A stretch of 64,000 bases of DNA from an uncultured Pseudomonadales bacterium. Its GTDB lineage: Bacteria; Patescibacteriota; Microgenomatia; UBA1400; UBA12028. The notes beneath the pieces are model-generated. The model had not been told where the DNA came from. It saw only the letters and a program-made list of their open reading frames with translations, and ran no database searches. Each line of letters starts with the position of its first letter. Position 1 is the stretch's first letter. Location of the stretch: the NCBI GenBank assembly GCA_964635905.1, contig CAZWPK010000001.1, positions 4,894 through 68,893 on the forward strand, in the 5' to 3' direction. Position numbers and translations under genes: made by a program. Below are positions 9,152 to 19,406 of the stretch, piece by piece.

Positions 9152-10183
9152 TCAGTTGATCTGCGGTAATATGACCGTAAACGTACTTCCTTTGCCAAGC
9201 TGGCTCTTAACGACAATTTGACCGTGATGCTTATGGACAATCGATCGTGCAATCGCCAACCCTAACCCGTAACCAGAATTGCGTTGAGAAGATCTCGAAG
9301 GATCCACACGATAGAAACGCCGAAAAATTTTCGGGATAGAGGACTCTGCAATACCGATTCCTTGATCGTGAAACTCAATATGGACGAATGTTTTAGATCG
9401 TTTGATCCGAATTCTAATTGTTGTCCGCGGATTGCTATACTTAATCGCATTATCCAAAATAATGAAAAAGACTTGAAACAATCCCTCTTCATTCGCTCGT
9501 ACTAGTGTGTGTTTGCCTTCCAGGGTGACTGTAATGTTTTTTGACTGCGTCTGTGACTGGAGCTTTTTTTGTACGGAAGTAAGTACGTCAACGATTTTCA
9601 CTTCCTGAAAAGTAATCGGTTGAGGATGGTGGTTGTGGTAGGAAAGTTGAAGTAACGATTCTGACAATAGTTGGAGTCGATTTACTTCTTGGATGCTTTC
9701 AGTGGCCAGTTCGTCCGCCGTTTTGATCGTGCGGTTGCGATCACGCAAATACACTTCATAGGCAATTTTTAATGAAGTGAGAGGAGTCTTTAATTCATGG
9801 GAGGCATCCGTAATAAAGCGATGTTGATCCTCAACCATCGACTGTATTGGGGAGAGGGTTTTGCCCGCTAACAAGTAGCCCAGGATTCCTGAGAGTAGCA
9901 CGACACTCCCATTGACTGTTAATAGATGGAGAAACAGTCGGTTTTTAATTTCCTCTACGAGATCATCATCTCCGTAGGAAGCTTGAGGAAGTAATGGAAT
10001 TGACGGACTGATATAGTCATACGGACGAACATATCGTCGCTCGAGACGTAAGCGCTGTAAACGGTCGAAGCGTTCTACTTCAGAAATCCAGACCTGGAAA
10101 ATGACAAGACTAAACGACAGACTAATTACCAAGATAATCAGTGAGTACCATGCTGTTAGTTTAAGTCTGGCGGATCGAAACAT
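9152..10183 (-). CDS. sensor histidine kinase
   Basis: 2 TM segments, DASHELKTPL H-box, LDNAIKYS, DQGIGI, GYGLGLAI. Confidence 0.93.
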   Translation of the reverse strand: MFRSARLKLTAWYSLIILVISLSFSLVIFQVWISEVERFDRLQRLRLERRYVRPYDYISPSIPLLPQASYGDDDLVEEIKNRLFLHLLTVNGSVVLLSGILGYLLAGKTLSPIQSMVEDQHRFITDASHELKTPLTSLKIAYEVYLRDRNRTIKTADELATESIQEVNRLQLLSESLLQLSYHNHHPQPITFQEVKIVDVLTSVQKKLQSQTQSKNITVTLEGKHTLVRANEEGLFQVFFIILDNAIKYSNPRTTIRIRIKRSKTFVHIEFHDQGIGIAESSIPKIFRRFYRVDPSRSSQRNSGYGLGLAIARSIVHKHHGQIVVKSQLGKGSTFTVILPQIN

Positions 10184-10189
10184 AGCAAT

Positions 10190-10861
10190 CTACCCAATTT
10201 TGTAGCCAAAGCCTCGTACGGTTGTAATGAGCGGTTCGAATTCTTTGAAGGGTTTATCAATTTTGTTACGAAGATTTCGAATGTACACTTCAATCGTATT
10301 GGGTAAAATATCTGCCTCATAATTCCAACTATTACGGATGATTTGATCTTTACTTAAGATTGAGTTGGCGTTGCGCATTAAAAATTCCAGTAAGGAGAAT
10401 TCCTTCGCAGAGAGGCTGATTGGTATTTTATTGCGTTCAACTTGAAAGGAATGGAGATCTAAAGTCAAATTCTTGACGCGCAACTTTGTTGAACGTGTCT
10501 GTGTTGGTCTACGTAGGAGGGCCGTGATGCGCGCTAATAATTCTTCAAAGGAAAATGGTTTAGTCAGGTAATCATCCGCACCTTCTTGTAGCCCTGTGAC
10601 TTTGTCTTGAATTTGATCTTTAGCAGTTAGTATTAATATGGGGGTATGAATTCCGGTACTCCGGATTTCTTTACAGACGGCAATTCCATCAAGTTTTGGC
10701 AGCATTAAATCTAGAAGGATCAGATCATACGGCTCGTTGGTTGCAAGATCCAGTCCGGTTTCTCCATCAAACGCCAGATCTACGATATAGTGTTCCTGTT
10801 CCAATCCCTTTTTAAGCGTGGTTGCAATTCGGTGTTCATCTTCAATAACCAGGATGCGCAT
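10190..10861 (-). CDS. OmpR/PhoB family response regulator
   Basis: ILVIEDE, LLDLMLP, GADDYLTKPF, TVRGFGY. Confidence 0.95.
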   Translation of the reverse strand: MRILVIEDEHRIATTLKKGLEQEHYIVDLAFDGETGLDLATNEPYDLILLDLMLPKLDGIAVCKEIRSTGIHTPILILTAKDQIQDKVTGLQEGADDYLTKPFSFEELLARITALLRRPTQTRSTKLRVKNLTLDLHSFQVERNKIPISLSAKEFSLLEFLMRNANSILSKDQIIRNSWNYEADILPNTIEVYIRNLRNKIDKPFKEFEPLITTVRGFGYKIG

Positions 10862-10884
10862 AGGAGCTCATTATACGCCGTGGG

Positions 10885-10911
10885 CTGAATTTTTACTGAA
10901 AACTGACTGAA
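10885..10911 (-). promoter_or_regulatory. three 11-bp-phased TTCAG direct repeats (putative OmpR-type autoregulatory site)
   Basis: CTGAA on + at 10885, 10896 and 10907, just upstream of the regulator's -10 (TATAAT, 10870-10875 on the minus strand). Confidence 0.6.
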
Positions 10912-10976
10912 CAGCTCCATGCCTCTGTCGGGAGGACATCTCTTCCTTTTCAGGGCATTCCTGTCACAATAACACC

Positions 10977-11315
10977 ATGGATATCAACAGCGTTTGCCCC
11001 GTTTGCCATCGTAGTGCGCTTCCTGAATATTACTTTTGTCCCAACTGTGGAAAGAATTTAAAACCAGTTCCACTTTCAACCACGGTTCTCAAACAACTGG
11101 GACTCTATATTGGCAGCGTGGTACTCATGCCACTAGGATTGATTTGGGGGCTTCGTTATCTCAAAGAGTCTACTCTGAAAGCAAAACTGATTGGCTGGGC
11201 GTGTATCGTGATTACCATTGTTTCCTTTGTGATCATCAGTGTGGTGCTGTTTAATACAATCCGGGAAGTGAATGAACAAGTTAATCAACAGCTGAATGGA
11301 TTGTCGGGATTTTAA
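10977..11315 (+). CDS. zinc-ribbon membrane protein
   Basis: CPVC...YFCPNCG followed by two TM helices. Confidence 0.8.
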   Translation: MDINSVCPVCHRSALPEYYFCPNCGKNLKPVPLSTTVLKQLGLYIGSVVLMPLGLIWGLRYLKESTLKAKLIGWACIVITIVSFVIISVVLFNTIREVNEQVNQQLNGLSGF

Positions 11316-11360
11316 TCCCCGATCTATCAACCCGTTTGCGTCTTCACTATAATCGAGGCT

Positions 11361-12419
11361 ATGCGTGTATCGTTCGCTTCGCCCTCCAGTCTAGTAAAGA
11401 ATCACTTTACACTATTTGCCCGTAGTATCGAATTTTCCGAGATTATGGAGAATTTCATTCTCTCTTCCGTTACGACCATTATTGTGGTTCGGATTTTTTT
11501 ACGTTTAACTGGATACCCTCAGCTTGGAGGCGGGGGATTACATATTGCCCATATGTTATGGGGAGGATTGTTTCTAGCTCTGGCGTTACTAATCTCTGTA
11601 TCCTTCTTAAACAAGGAGGCAAAACGACTGTCCGTAGTGCTTGGAGGCATTGGTTTTGGGCTGTTTATCGATGAAATTGGAAAGTTTGTTACCAGCGACA
11701 ATAATTATTTCTATCAGCCCACACTCGCACTTATTTATCTTGTCTTTGTGCTTCTCTTCTTTTCTTTTCGATTCATCATGTCCCATCAAGCACTCTCCCC
11801 CCATGAATATGCGATGAATGCAGTGGAGGAAATGAAAGAAGTGCTGTACCTTGACTTAGATGACGATGAAAAACAACGCACCTTGCAGTATCTACAAAAA
11901 AGTGACGCGAGTAATCCTTTAGTTAAAACATTGATTCAAACGCTTGAGACCGTAGTCCCACACACGCAGCAAAAAGATATCTCCATTTTTTTTGTGATTA
12001 AAAAGAAGATCCGCTCGTTATATTGGAACTATGGGAAACGAGCGGCAATCGCTCGCATAATTGCGGTTTGTTTTATTTTGTTATCCTTGTATCGCCTGGT
12101 GGCTGCGATACAAAGTTTAGAATGGACCTGGAATTTTTGGATTTGGGGAAGCCAACTGGGATCTATTTTTGTTTCAATTTGGATTTTACAAGGATTTCTT
12201 GCGTATCAACGAAAACAAAAAGTATTGGCTTTGCGTCATTTTCAACGAGCGGTAGTGATTTCCATTCTCGTGGTACAAATCTTTGATTTCTATCATGATG
12301 AGCTTTTAGCTCTCATTGGATTAGTTTTTGGGGGAATTAGTTACATCACCTTAGAATATCTGATCTCGGAGGAACGTATTGATCGACTTTCACAACGCAC
12401 TCTTACCCCACATCCGTAA
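11361..12419 (+). CDS. conserved multi-pass membrane protein of unknown function
   Basis: GYPQLGGGGLHIAHMLWGG, GFGLFIDEIGKFVTSDNNYFYQP; about 8 TM segments. Confidence 0.8.
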   Translation: MRVSFASPSSLVKNHFTLFARSIEFSEIMENFILSSVTTIIVVRIFLRLTGYPQLGGGGLHIAHMLWGGLFLALALLISVSFLNKEAKRLSVVLGGIGFGLFIDEIGKFVTSDNNYFYQPTLALIYLVFVLLFFSFRFIMSHQALSPHEYAMNAVEEMKEVLYLDLDDDEKQRTLQYLQKSDASNPLVKTLIQTLETVVPHTQQKDISIFFVIKKKIRSLYWNYGKRAAIARIIAVCFILLSLYRLVAAIQSLEWTWNFWIWGSQLGSIFVSIWILQGFLAYQRKQKVLALRHFQRAVVISILVVQIFDFYHDELLALIGLVFGGISYITLEYLISEERIDRLSQRTLTPHP

Positions 12420-12442
12420 CAATTTTGGTACTATACCAGCGT

Positions 12443-12859
12443 ATGATAAAACCCCTTCAAGCTTCTAGCGTTCAAGACTATATCAATCAAATTGAGGAGC
12501 CTAGAAAGAAAGAGATTGAGTCGCTACATGCCCTCATTTCCTCGACCCTGCCTGCTTTACCGGCATCGATTCAATACAACATGATCGGGTATGGGACCTA
12601 CCATTATCGGTACGCAACAGGGAGAGAAGGAGATGCTCCCATCATCGCTTTAGCAAGTCAAAAAAACTATATCTCAATTTATGCACACGCAGTCACGACA
12701 GAAGGAAAATATTTGGCTGAGTCGTATGCGGATAACCTAGGAAAGGTGAGTGTGGGGAAGAGCTGTATCCGATTCAAGCGCCTAGAGGATATCAACACTT
12801 CTGTGTTAACACAGCTTCTCAAGGAGTCCGAGAAGCTTGTCGGATCAATAACGCGGTAA
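12443..12859 (+). CDS. DUF1801 (YdhG-like) domain protein
   Basis: MIGYGTYHYRYATGREGD, LASQKNYISIY, GKSCIRFKRLEDI. Confidence 0.85.
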   Translation: MIKPLQASSVQDYINQIEEPRKKEIESLHALISSTLPALPASIQYNMIGYGTYHYRYATGREGDAPIIALASQKNYISIYAHAVTTEGKYLAESYADNLGKVSVGKSCIRFKRLEDINTSVLTQLLKESEKLVGSITR

Positions 12860-12863
12860 TCCA

Positions 12864-12893
12864 AAAAGGGCCGGTATTGCTACCAGCCCTTTT
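12864..12893. terminator. bidirectional intrinsic terminator
   Basis: AAAAGGGCCGGTA-ttgc-TACCAGCCCTTTT between convergent genes. Confidence 0.75.
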
Positions 12894-12914
12894 CTTGATT
12901 CTTAATAAATGGAA

Positions 12915-13289
12915 TTACCAGTTATTGGAACGACCACCACGGTCTCCGCCGCGTCGGTCTCCGCCGCCGAATCCACCACGGGATCCACCAGATGAAGAAC
13001 CACCGCGATAACTGTTTTCGCGAGGTTGGATTGGTCGAGCAATGGTAACGTTCATTTCACGTTCTCCCATTTGCTTACCATTCATTCCTGCTAAAGCAGC
13101 TTGTGCAGCTTCTTCAGTAGCAAATTCCACGAAAGCAAATCCTTTGGATCGGCCTGTGAATTTATCGGAAATCAGTTTTACATCGGTGATCTCTCCGAAT
13201 TCTGAGAACATCGAACGGAGTTCATCTTCCGTTGTAGAATAGGGAAGGTTCCCTACGTATAATTTTTTTGGGTTGACTTGGTCAGTCAT
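12915..13289 (-). CDS. RRM-domain RNA-binding protein with Gly/Arg-rich tail
   Basis: RNP2 LYVGNL, RNP1 KGFAFVEF, RGG tail. Confidence 0.95.
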   Translation of the reverse strand: MTDQVNPKKLYVGNLPYSTTEDELRSMFSEFGEITDVKLISDKFTGRSKGFAFVEFATEEAAQAALAGMNGKQMGEREMNVTIARPIQPRENSYRGGSSSGGSRGGFGGGDRRGGDRGGRSNNW

Positions 13290-13551
13290 AGTACCCTTTC
13301 TTTCACACGTTTTAAGCCTGCGAACAAACGCGTGATACTTTCACTGTTGACGTGGTACTTGACGTATCAAAGCAAGAAACTTTGCAAAAGGCAGTAACCA
13401 ATTCAAGCAGGCAACAGTCATTATATCCTATAGCCAGCCGTAAAGCTAGTGTGAGCTTCCCGTCAACCGCAATGCTTATCTGTATCCTACACCACTATCA
13501 AGGTGTGATAGGGTAAGAATCGTATTACACCTATCCCTGTTAACGCCCTGA

Positions 13552-15648
13552 CTAGAGCAAAATTCGTGCATCTAAGACCCGTACGCCTTCTCCCTTAGGG
13601 AGCACAAGCAAGGGATTAATATCCAACTCCTTAATTTCCGGGTGATCGATCAGGAGCGCAGAGATTTTCCCTAAGGACTGACAAACGGCATCCACATCAA
13701 ACTTGGCTTGTCCTCGAGCTCCATTGAGGAGGGCAAAGGAAGAGAGACGCTGAATCATTTGCAATGAAAACTCCTGTGAAAGAGGTGCAAATCCCAGGGA
13801 AATATCCTTAAAGACCTCAACATAGATTCCACCCAATCCCACGAGTACGGTTTTTCCTAATCCTTCCACGGTGTTCCCACCGACGATAAGTTCGACTCCA
13901 TTGGCTGGTGCCATTTCCACTGCAAGTACACCGGTTAATTTAGCATTCGGGACATTTCTCTGAACACGCTCTAGTAACGTTTGGTACATCTCTGGAATCT
14001 TATCTGGGTTTACAGAAAGCAGGACTCCTCCCACATCACTCTTATGCAAGATATCCGGTGAGATGATTTTTAACGCCACCGGGTGCGTGAACTGGGTTGC
14101 TGCATGTTCTGCATCCTCAAGTGTGAACAATTCCTGACTTTGAAGTAAGGGGAGTCCATACTCGGAAAGAATGCTTAAGCTGTCGACCTCAGAAAGATGA
14201 TCCAAACCTTGGTTCGCTGCAGCGGATAAAACATCTTGGACCTTTGAGGTGTGGGACACATCAGAGGTGAACGGGTGGCTGGCAGGTTGTGCACTCCATT
14301 CAACAAAGTGATGCAAGGCCCCAAGACCGCGCGCTGCAAGTTCAGGAAAGGCGGTCGTACTTATTTTTGCTTCTTCCAGGATTTGGACGGCAGACGCTAC
14401 CGTTTGCTGTCCCATGAATGAAGCCACTACCGGAATAGAACTCTGTTGTTTATAAGTTACCAATGCCTGGGCAGTTTCTTCTGGTTCTGTCATACTTTGA
14501 GGAGTCAAAATCACTAAAACTGCTTCTGTCTCTGGTGAATCGGAGATAACCTTGAGTGTTTGTTGATAGCGATCCGCCTTTGCATCGCCCAAGATATCAA
14601 CCGGGTTTTTCGTGCTTGCGGCAGCGGGGAGAAACGATTGTAAAGCTTTCTGCGTTTTTTCTGTCAGGGGCGAGACTTTTAAGCCACTTTTTATCACTTC
14701 ATCGGTAGCAATGACACCTGGTCCACCGGCATTGGTGACTATGGTAACGGAATGGACATCTTTTAAGGGATTTTGGGAGAAAATCACTAAAAACTCAATC
14801 AGTTCTCGAATGGTATTTGCGCGAATCACACCACTCTGAGCAAACAAGGCATCATACGCACTGTCTCCACCCGAGAGTGACCCGGTGTGGGAGGCAATCG
14901 CTGCAGCTCCGGCACTCGTTCGTCCTGACTTCAGCATGAAAATGGGTTTGGGATTTTCTCCTTGCGTTACGCGTTTACAGACGTCGATGAATCGTGGTGC
15001 ATCAGTTAACTGCTCCACATACATGGCGATGACTTTCGTTTGAGGGTCGCTTGCAAAGTATTCTAGTAAGGTACTTTCATCCACACAAGCTTTGTTCCCG
15101 ATACTCATGAATTTTGAAAATCCTAGATGTGCTTCTCGTGCGTAATCCAGAACGCTGGTACACAGCGCTCCGCTTTGTGAGGCAAAGGCAACATTTCCAA
15201 ACTCCGGCATGATGCCAGCAAATGACGCATTCATCGAGATTTCTGGATTGATGACGCCCAAACAGTTTGGACCAATGAGGGTAACGTTATGCTCTTTACA
15301 GGTTTCAATCACGGATTCCTCTAGTGCGAGATTTCCGACTTCTTTAAATCCTGCCGAGATAATGATTGCGGCAGTCGCTCCTTTGTCAGCCGCCTGGGCA
15401 ATGGCTTCAGGAACCACAGCCGCAGGAATGGCAATGACTGCCAAATCAATGGACTCATTGATCGCATCAAGGGAGGGGTACATCGGGAGGCCATAGAGCG
15501 TCTGTGCTTTTGGGTTTACTGGAAAGATCTTGCCTGCAAACCCTTGAGTAACGAGATTTTTTACCACATCGTTTCCAACCGATTTTTCTTTGGTGGAGGC
15601 GCCAATCACCGCAATAGATTTGGGGTAAAAGAGTGAGTTAAATTGCAT
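13552..15648 (-). CDS. acetate--CoA ligase (ADP-forming), fused alpha/beta
   Basis: PKSIAVIGAS, GPNCLG, SQSGAL, SHTGSL, NAGGPG, HKSDVGGV, ELDINPL. Confidence 0.9.
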   Translation of the reverse strand: MQFNSLFYPKSIAVIGASTKEKSVGNDVVKNLVTQGFAGKIFPVNPKAQTLYGLPMYPSLDAINESIDLAVIAIPAAVVPEAIAQAADKGATAAIIISAGFKEVGNLALEESVIETCKEHNVTLIGPNCLGVINPEISMNASFAGIMPEFGNVAFASQSGALCTSVLDYAREAHLGFSKFMSIGNKACVDESTLLEYFASDPQTKVIAMYVEQLTDAPRFIDVCKRVTQGENPKPIFMLKSGRTSAGAAAIASHTGSLSGGDSAYDALFAQSGVIRANTIRELIEFLVIFSQNPLKDVHSVTIVTNAGGPGVIATDEVIKSGLKVSPLTEKTQKALQSFLPAAASTKNPVDILGDAKADRYQQTLKVISDSPETEAVLVILTPQSMTEPEETAQALVTYKQQSSIPVVASFMGQQTVASAVQILEEAKISTTAFPELAARGLGALHHFVEWSAQPASHPFTSDVSHTSKVQDVLSAAANQGLDHLSEVDSLSILSEYGLPLLQSQELFTLEDAEHAATQFTHPVALKIISPDILHKSDVGGVLLSVNPDKIPEMYQTLLERVQRNVPNAKLTGVLAVEMAPANGVELIVGGNTVEGLGKTVLVGLGGIYVEVFKDISLGFAPLSQEFSLQMIQRLSSFALLNGARGQAKFDVDAVCQSLGKISALLIDHPEIKELDINPLLVLPKGEGVRVLDARILL

Positions 15649-15657
15649 AAAAACCTT

Positions 15658-16392
15658 TCATGAGGCCACGACAACCGTCTTAAAATACTTGGCAAACACC
15701 AATCGAACCTGCTCCACGGACTCTGCCGTTGGCGGAGTAACTCCAGATAATGGGTTGGGTAATCCCATGGCCTCATACTTATGCACACCTAACGTGTGAT
15801 AGGGAAGGATCTCAACGCGCTGAATTGTTTGGTAGGACGTAAACGTTTGAGCCCATTCGTGAACGTAGTTTGGCTGATCTGTCCAACCAGGAACAAGGAC
15901 GTACCGAAGCCAAAGAGGTTTTCCACTAGCTTCTCGATAGGCAGCATTTTTGAGGACATTTGCATTCCCCCCGCCGGTAAGCTTTTTATGGAAGGCATCA
16001 TTAATGTGTTTGACATCTAAAATGACCAGGTCCGTCAGATCATACAACTGACGGACTACCGATGAATGAATAAACCCATTCGTGTCTAAGGCTATATGAA
16101 ATCCCTTGGCTTTTGCTTGAATGCATAGCTCAATGAGCTCTTGGGCTTGAACGGTTGGTTCTCCACCAGAAAGCGTGAGTCCTCCCGTGGTTTTAAAATA
16201 GGGACGTTGCTTTTCAAGTTGATCTAAAATTTCGGTTGGACTCATGAGGAGATTCTCTGCGGTCTGCATTGCTTGGGTATCCGGGTTGTGACAGTACACA
16301 CACCGTAATGGGCAGCCTTGCAAAAACACCACCAGCCGAATGCCTGGACCATCGTGAGTGCCGAAGGTTTCAATCGAATGAACGGAAAGCAT
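15658..16392 (-). CDS. pflA: pyruvate formate-lyase activating enzyme (radical SAM)
   Basis: DGPGIRLVVFLQGCPLRCVYCHNPDT (CxxxCxxC), SGGEP, LPYHTLG. Confidence 0.95.
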   Translation of the reverse strand: MLSVHSIETFGTHDGPGIRLVVFLQGCPLRCVYCHNPDTQAMQTAENLLMSPTEILDQLEKQRPYFKTTGGLTLSGGEPTVQAQELIELCIQAKAKGFHIALDTNGFIHSSVVRQLYDLTDLVILDVKHINDAFHKKLTGGGNANVLKNAAYREASGKPLWLRYVLVPGWTDQPNYVHEWAQTFTSYQTIQRVEILPYHTLGVHKYEAMGLPNPLSGVTPPTAESVEQVRLVFAKYFKTVVVAS

Positions 16393-16397
16393 AAAAA

Positions 16398-18623
16398 TTA
16401 CATCTGATCGTGGAACGTTCGTGCAATGACTTCGAGCTGATGTGCACGTGATAACCGGACAAAGTTCACGGCATAGCCGGAAACTCGAATGGTTAGTTGC
16501 GGATAATGTTCTGGATGTTCCATGGCATCGACTAAGGTTTCTTTATTCAACACATTGACATTGAGATGATGTGCATGTTTGCCAAAGTAGCCATCTAGTA
16601 ATGAAACAAGGTTTTCAACGCGATCAGTAGTCGTGTGGCCTAACGAATTCGGAATGATCGAAAAGGTGTTTGAGATCCCATCGCGTGCGTCATCATAGGA
16701 AAGTTTGGCAACGGAATTTAGAGAAGCAATTGCTCCACTATTATCACGACCATGCATCGGATTGGCTCCAGGAGCGAAAGGTTCGCCTTGTTTGCGTCCG
16801 TCTGGAGTTGCACCGGTCTTTTTCCCATAGACGACATTGGAGGTAATGGTGAGGACGGAGAGCGTAGCCATCGCGTCCCGATAGATTGTATGTTTGTGCA
16901 ACTCTTGATTGATGTCATGAACGAGCTCTTTGGCAATTGTATCAACGTCTTCTTGATCGTTTCCGTACTTGGGATAGTCACCGGCAACGTGGAAATCGAT
17001 CGTTAGTCCCTGATCATTGCGAATGGGAGTCACGCTGGCATAGCGAATGGCCGAGAGAGAATCAGCAGTGACAGAAAGTCCTGCAATTCCGAATGCCATT
17101 TTCCGTTTCACTTTGCTATCCATAAATGCCATTAGCGAGCGTTCATAATAATATTTATCATGCATGTAATGGATGACATTCATGGTGTTGACATAGCTAT
17201 CCGCCAAAAAGGACATGGCTTTATCAAAACGAACCCGGACTTCTTCATAGTCCAACTTTCCTTCTGGAAGGGGAGCGATTTCCGGAATAATCTGAATCCC
17301 TGTTAATTCATCCCGACCTTCGTTAAGGGCGAGGAGTAGCGTTTTGGCTAAATTACAGCGAGCGCCAAAAAACTGCATGGTTTTTCCAGTTTCCATCATG
17401 GAAACGCAGCAGGCAATACAATAGTCATCGGTGTGTTCACAGTCACGCATGACATCATCATTTTCATATTGGAGTGAGGAGGTATCGATAGAAACTTGGC
17501 TACAAAATGATTTAAACCCCTCTGGAAGTTGTTCGGACCATAAGATCGTTAAGTTGGGTTCTGGGGCAGGTCCTAAATTGTATAAGGTCTGCAAGAAACG
17601 GAAACTTGTTTTTGTGACTTTATGACGTCCATCCAGTAGTTTTCCGCCAATGGATTCCGTTACCCAGGTGGGATCTCCGGCAAAGAGCTGATTGTATTCT
17701 TCCATTCGTAGGTGGCGAACAAAGCGTAGTTTCATCACAAAGTGATCAACTAGTTCTTGAGCTTGTTTTTCTGTTAGAGAGCCACTCTGTAAATCCCGTT
17801 CAATGTAAATATCAAAAAATGAGCTGACATTCCCAAGACTCATTGCCGCGCCATCTTGCTCTTTAATTCCGGCAAGATAGGCAAAATACGTCCATTGCAT
17901 GGCTTCCTGTGCAGATTGGGCAGGTCGACTGACATCGAATCCATAGGAAGTGGCCATGGCCTTAATATCTTCTAACGCCCGTATCTGTTCTGACACTTCT
18001 TCACGCAGCCGAATGAGTTCATCGGTCATGTGGCCATCCAACTGTTTTTTATCCTGTTGTTTTGCTGCGATTAAAGCATCGGCACCATACAGTGCCAGTC
18101 GACGGTAATCACCAATAATTCGACCGCGTCCATAGTTATCAGGAAGTCCAGTCAGCACACCAGTTTTTCGTAGTTTTCGCATGGTATCGGTGTAGGCATC
18201 AAACACGCCATCGTTATGTGTTTTTCGATACGTTGTGCAGAGTTTGATTACCGCTGGATCAAGTTTTTTACCCGCCTCAATGCAGGCTTGTTCGACAATC
18301 CGCCAACCTCCAAACGGTTTAATCGATCGTTTAAGAGGTTTATCAGTTTGAAATCCAACAATCTTTTCTAGTTTTTGATCAACATATCCTGGTTTGTGGC
18401 TCGTGATGGAGGAAATGGTTTTTGTATCGATGGAGAGGATTCCTCCATTCTTTCGTTCTTTGGAGAGGATTTGTAGGAATTTTTTCCAGAGTTTCTTCGT
18501 GGTGATGGTTGGGCCCGTGAGAAAAGAAGCATCTCCATCGTAGGGAGTAAGATTGGAAAGTAAGAAGTCTCGAACATCGATCGATTCTTGCCATCGTCCT
18601 GCACGAAATGAAGCAGTTGCCAT
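16398..18623 (-). CDS. pflB: pyruvate formate-lyase (formate C-acetyltransferase)
   Basis: IACCVS dicysteine, TIRVSGYAV glycyl-radical motif, RKTHNDGVF. Confidence 0.96.
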   Translation of the reverse strand: MATASFRAGRWQESIDVRDFLLSNLTPYDGDASFLTGPTITTKKLWKKFLQILSKERKNGGILSIDTKTISSITSHKPGYVDQKLEKIVGFQTDKPLKRSIKPFGGWRIVEQACIEAGKKLDPAVIKLCTTYRKTHNDGVFDAYTDTMRKLRKTGVLTGLPDNYGRGRIIGDYRRLALYGADALIAAKQQDKKQLDGHMTDELIRLREEVSEQIRALEDIKAMATSYGFDVSRPAQSAQEAMQWTYFAYLAGIKEQDGAAMSLGNVSSFFDIYIERDLQSGSLTEKQAQELVDHFVMKLRFVRHLRMEEYNQLFAGDPTWVTESIGGKLLDGRHKVTKTSFRFLQTLYNLGPAPEPNLTILWSEQLPEGFKSFCSQVSIDTSSLQYENDDVMRDCEHTDDYCIACCVSMMETGKTMQFFGARCNLAKTLLLALNEGRDELTGIQIIPEIAPLPEGKLDYEEVRVRFDKAMSFLADSYVNTMNVIHYMHDKYYYERSLMAFMDSKVKRKMAFGIAGLSVTADSLSAIRYASVTPIRNDQGLTIDFHVAGDYPKYGNDQEDVDTIAKELVHDINQELHKHTIYRDAMATLSVLTITSNVVYGKKTGATPDGRKQGEPFAPGANPMHGRDNSGAIASLNSVAKLSYDDARDGISNTFSIIPNSLGHTTTDRVENLVSLLDGYFGKHAHHLNVNVLNKETLVDAMEHPEHYPQLTIRVSGYAVNFVRLSRAHQLEVIARTFHDQM

Positions 18624-18695
18624 ATCTTCCTTTCACGACACATTGAAAACATTTTCCCTGAAGAAGATATCGTAACTCTAGAGGTTCGAATAAAA

Positions 18696-18711
18696 TGTGA
18701 TAGTTATCACT
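18696..18711. promoter_or_regulatory. CRP-type operator TGTGA-TAGTTA-TCACT
   Basis: Near-consensus with A/T flanks; at -41.5 from the pflB start implied by the minus-strand -10 TACGAT (18669-18674); overlaps the -35 region of the regulator's promoter. Confidence 0.8.
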
Positions 18712-18734
18712 TTTTTGGCAGTATACTGTCATCT

Positions 18735-19391
18735 ATGACGACGAATCCAACCATAGCAACGCAAGTGAAGACTTTTTTCTCCCGATTCCCGCCGCAATCT
18801 TTTCCTCCCCGACACATACTTTTGGCTGCCAACAGTGAGCCAGCAGGTGTCTATTATCTCGAGTCCGGTCACTTAAAGCAGTATGCATTAACAATGCAGG
18901 GACAAGAATTAGTCATAAATATTTATAAGCCAGGAACGTTTTTCCCAATGATGTGGGCGGTTGCCAATATTCCCAACAGCTATTTTTTTGAAGCGGTTGA
19001 CACTGTGGTAGTTCGACGAGCTCCAGTTTCGGACTGTCTTGCGTTTCTTTCTAGTCATGCCGATGTTACTGTTGATTTACTTAAACGAGTGTATACGGGC
19101 ATCGATGGACTTGTAGCACAAATGACACACAACAGCTATTCGGACGCTAAACGTAAAGTTCTCGCAGTCCTGGTCATGGCTGCAAAGAGATTTGGAGAAA
19201 AGCAGGGGAGCCAAATAGTAATTACCCAACAATTTACCCATAAAGAATTAGGCGCCTTATCTGCCACAAGTAGGGAAACAGTCACTCGAGTTTTACAAGA
19301 GATCGAAACTGAGGGGTTGATTCAAATAGAAAAGCGGAAAATTAGGATCGTCGATATTCAGCAATTAGAAGCAGCTCTCAACAGTTCCTAA
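18735..19391 (+). CDS. Crp/Fnr family transcriptional regulator
   Basis: cNMP-like beta-barrel (GVYYLESG...GQELVI); HTH THKELG...SRETVTRVL; no FNR Cys cluster. Confidence 0.92.
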   Translation: MTTNPTIATQVKTFFSRFPPQSFPPRHILLAANSEPAGVYYLESGHLKQYALTMQGQELVINIYKPGTFFPMMWAVANIPNSYFFEAVDTVVVRRAPVSDCLAFLSSHADVTVDLLKRVYTGIDGLVAQMTHNSYSDAKRKVLAVLVMAAKRFGEKQGSQIVITQQFTHKELGALSATSRETVTRVLQEIETEGLIQIEKRKIRIVDIQQLEAALNSS

Positions 19392-19406
19392 GGGTTGGCT
19401 TCTCTT

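Noticed and set aside
13331-13345. CGTGA...TCACT upstream of the RRM gene as a CRP site
   Set aside because: The spacer is 5 bp rather than 6; more likely a small hairpin in the 5' UTR
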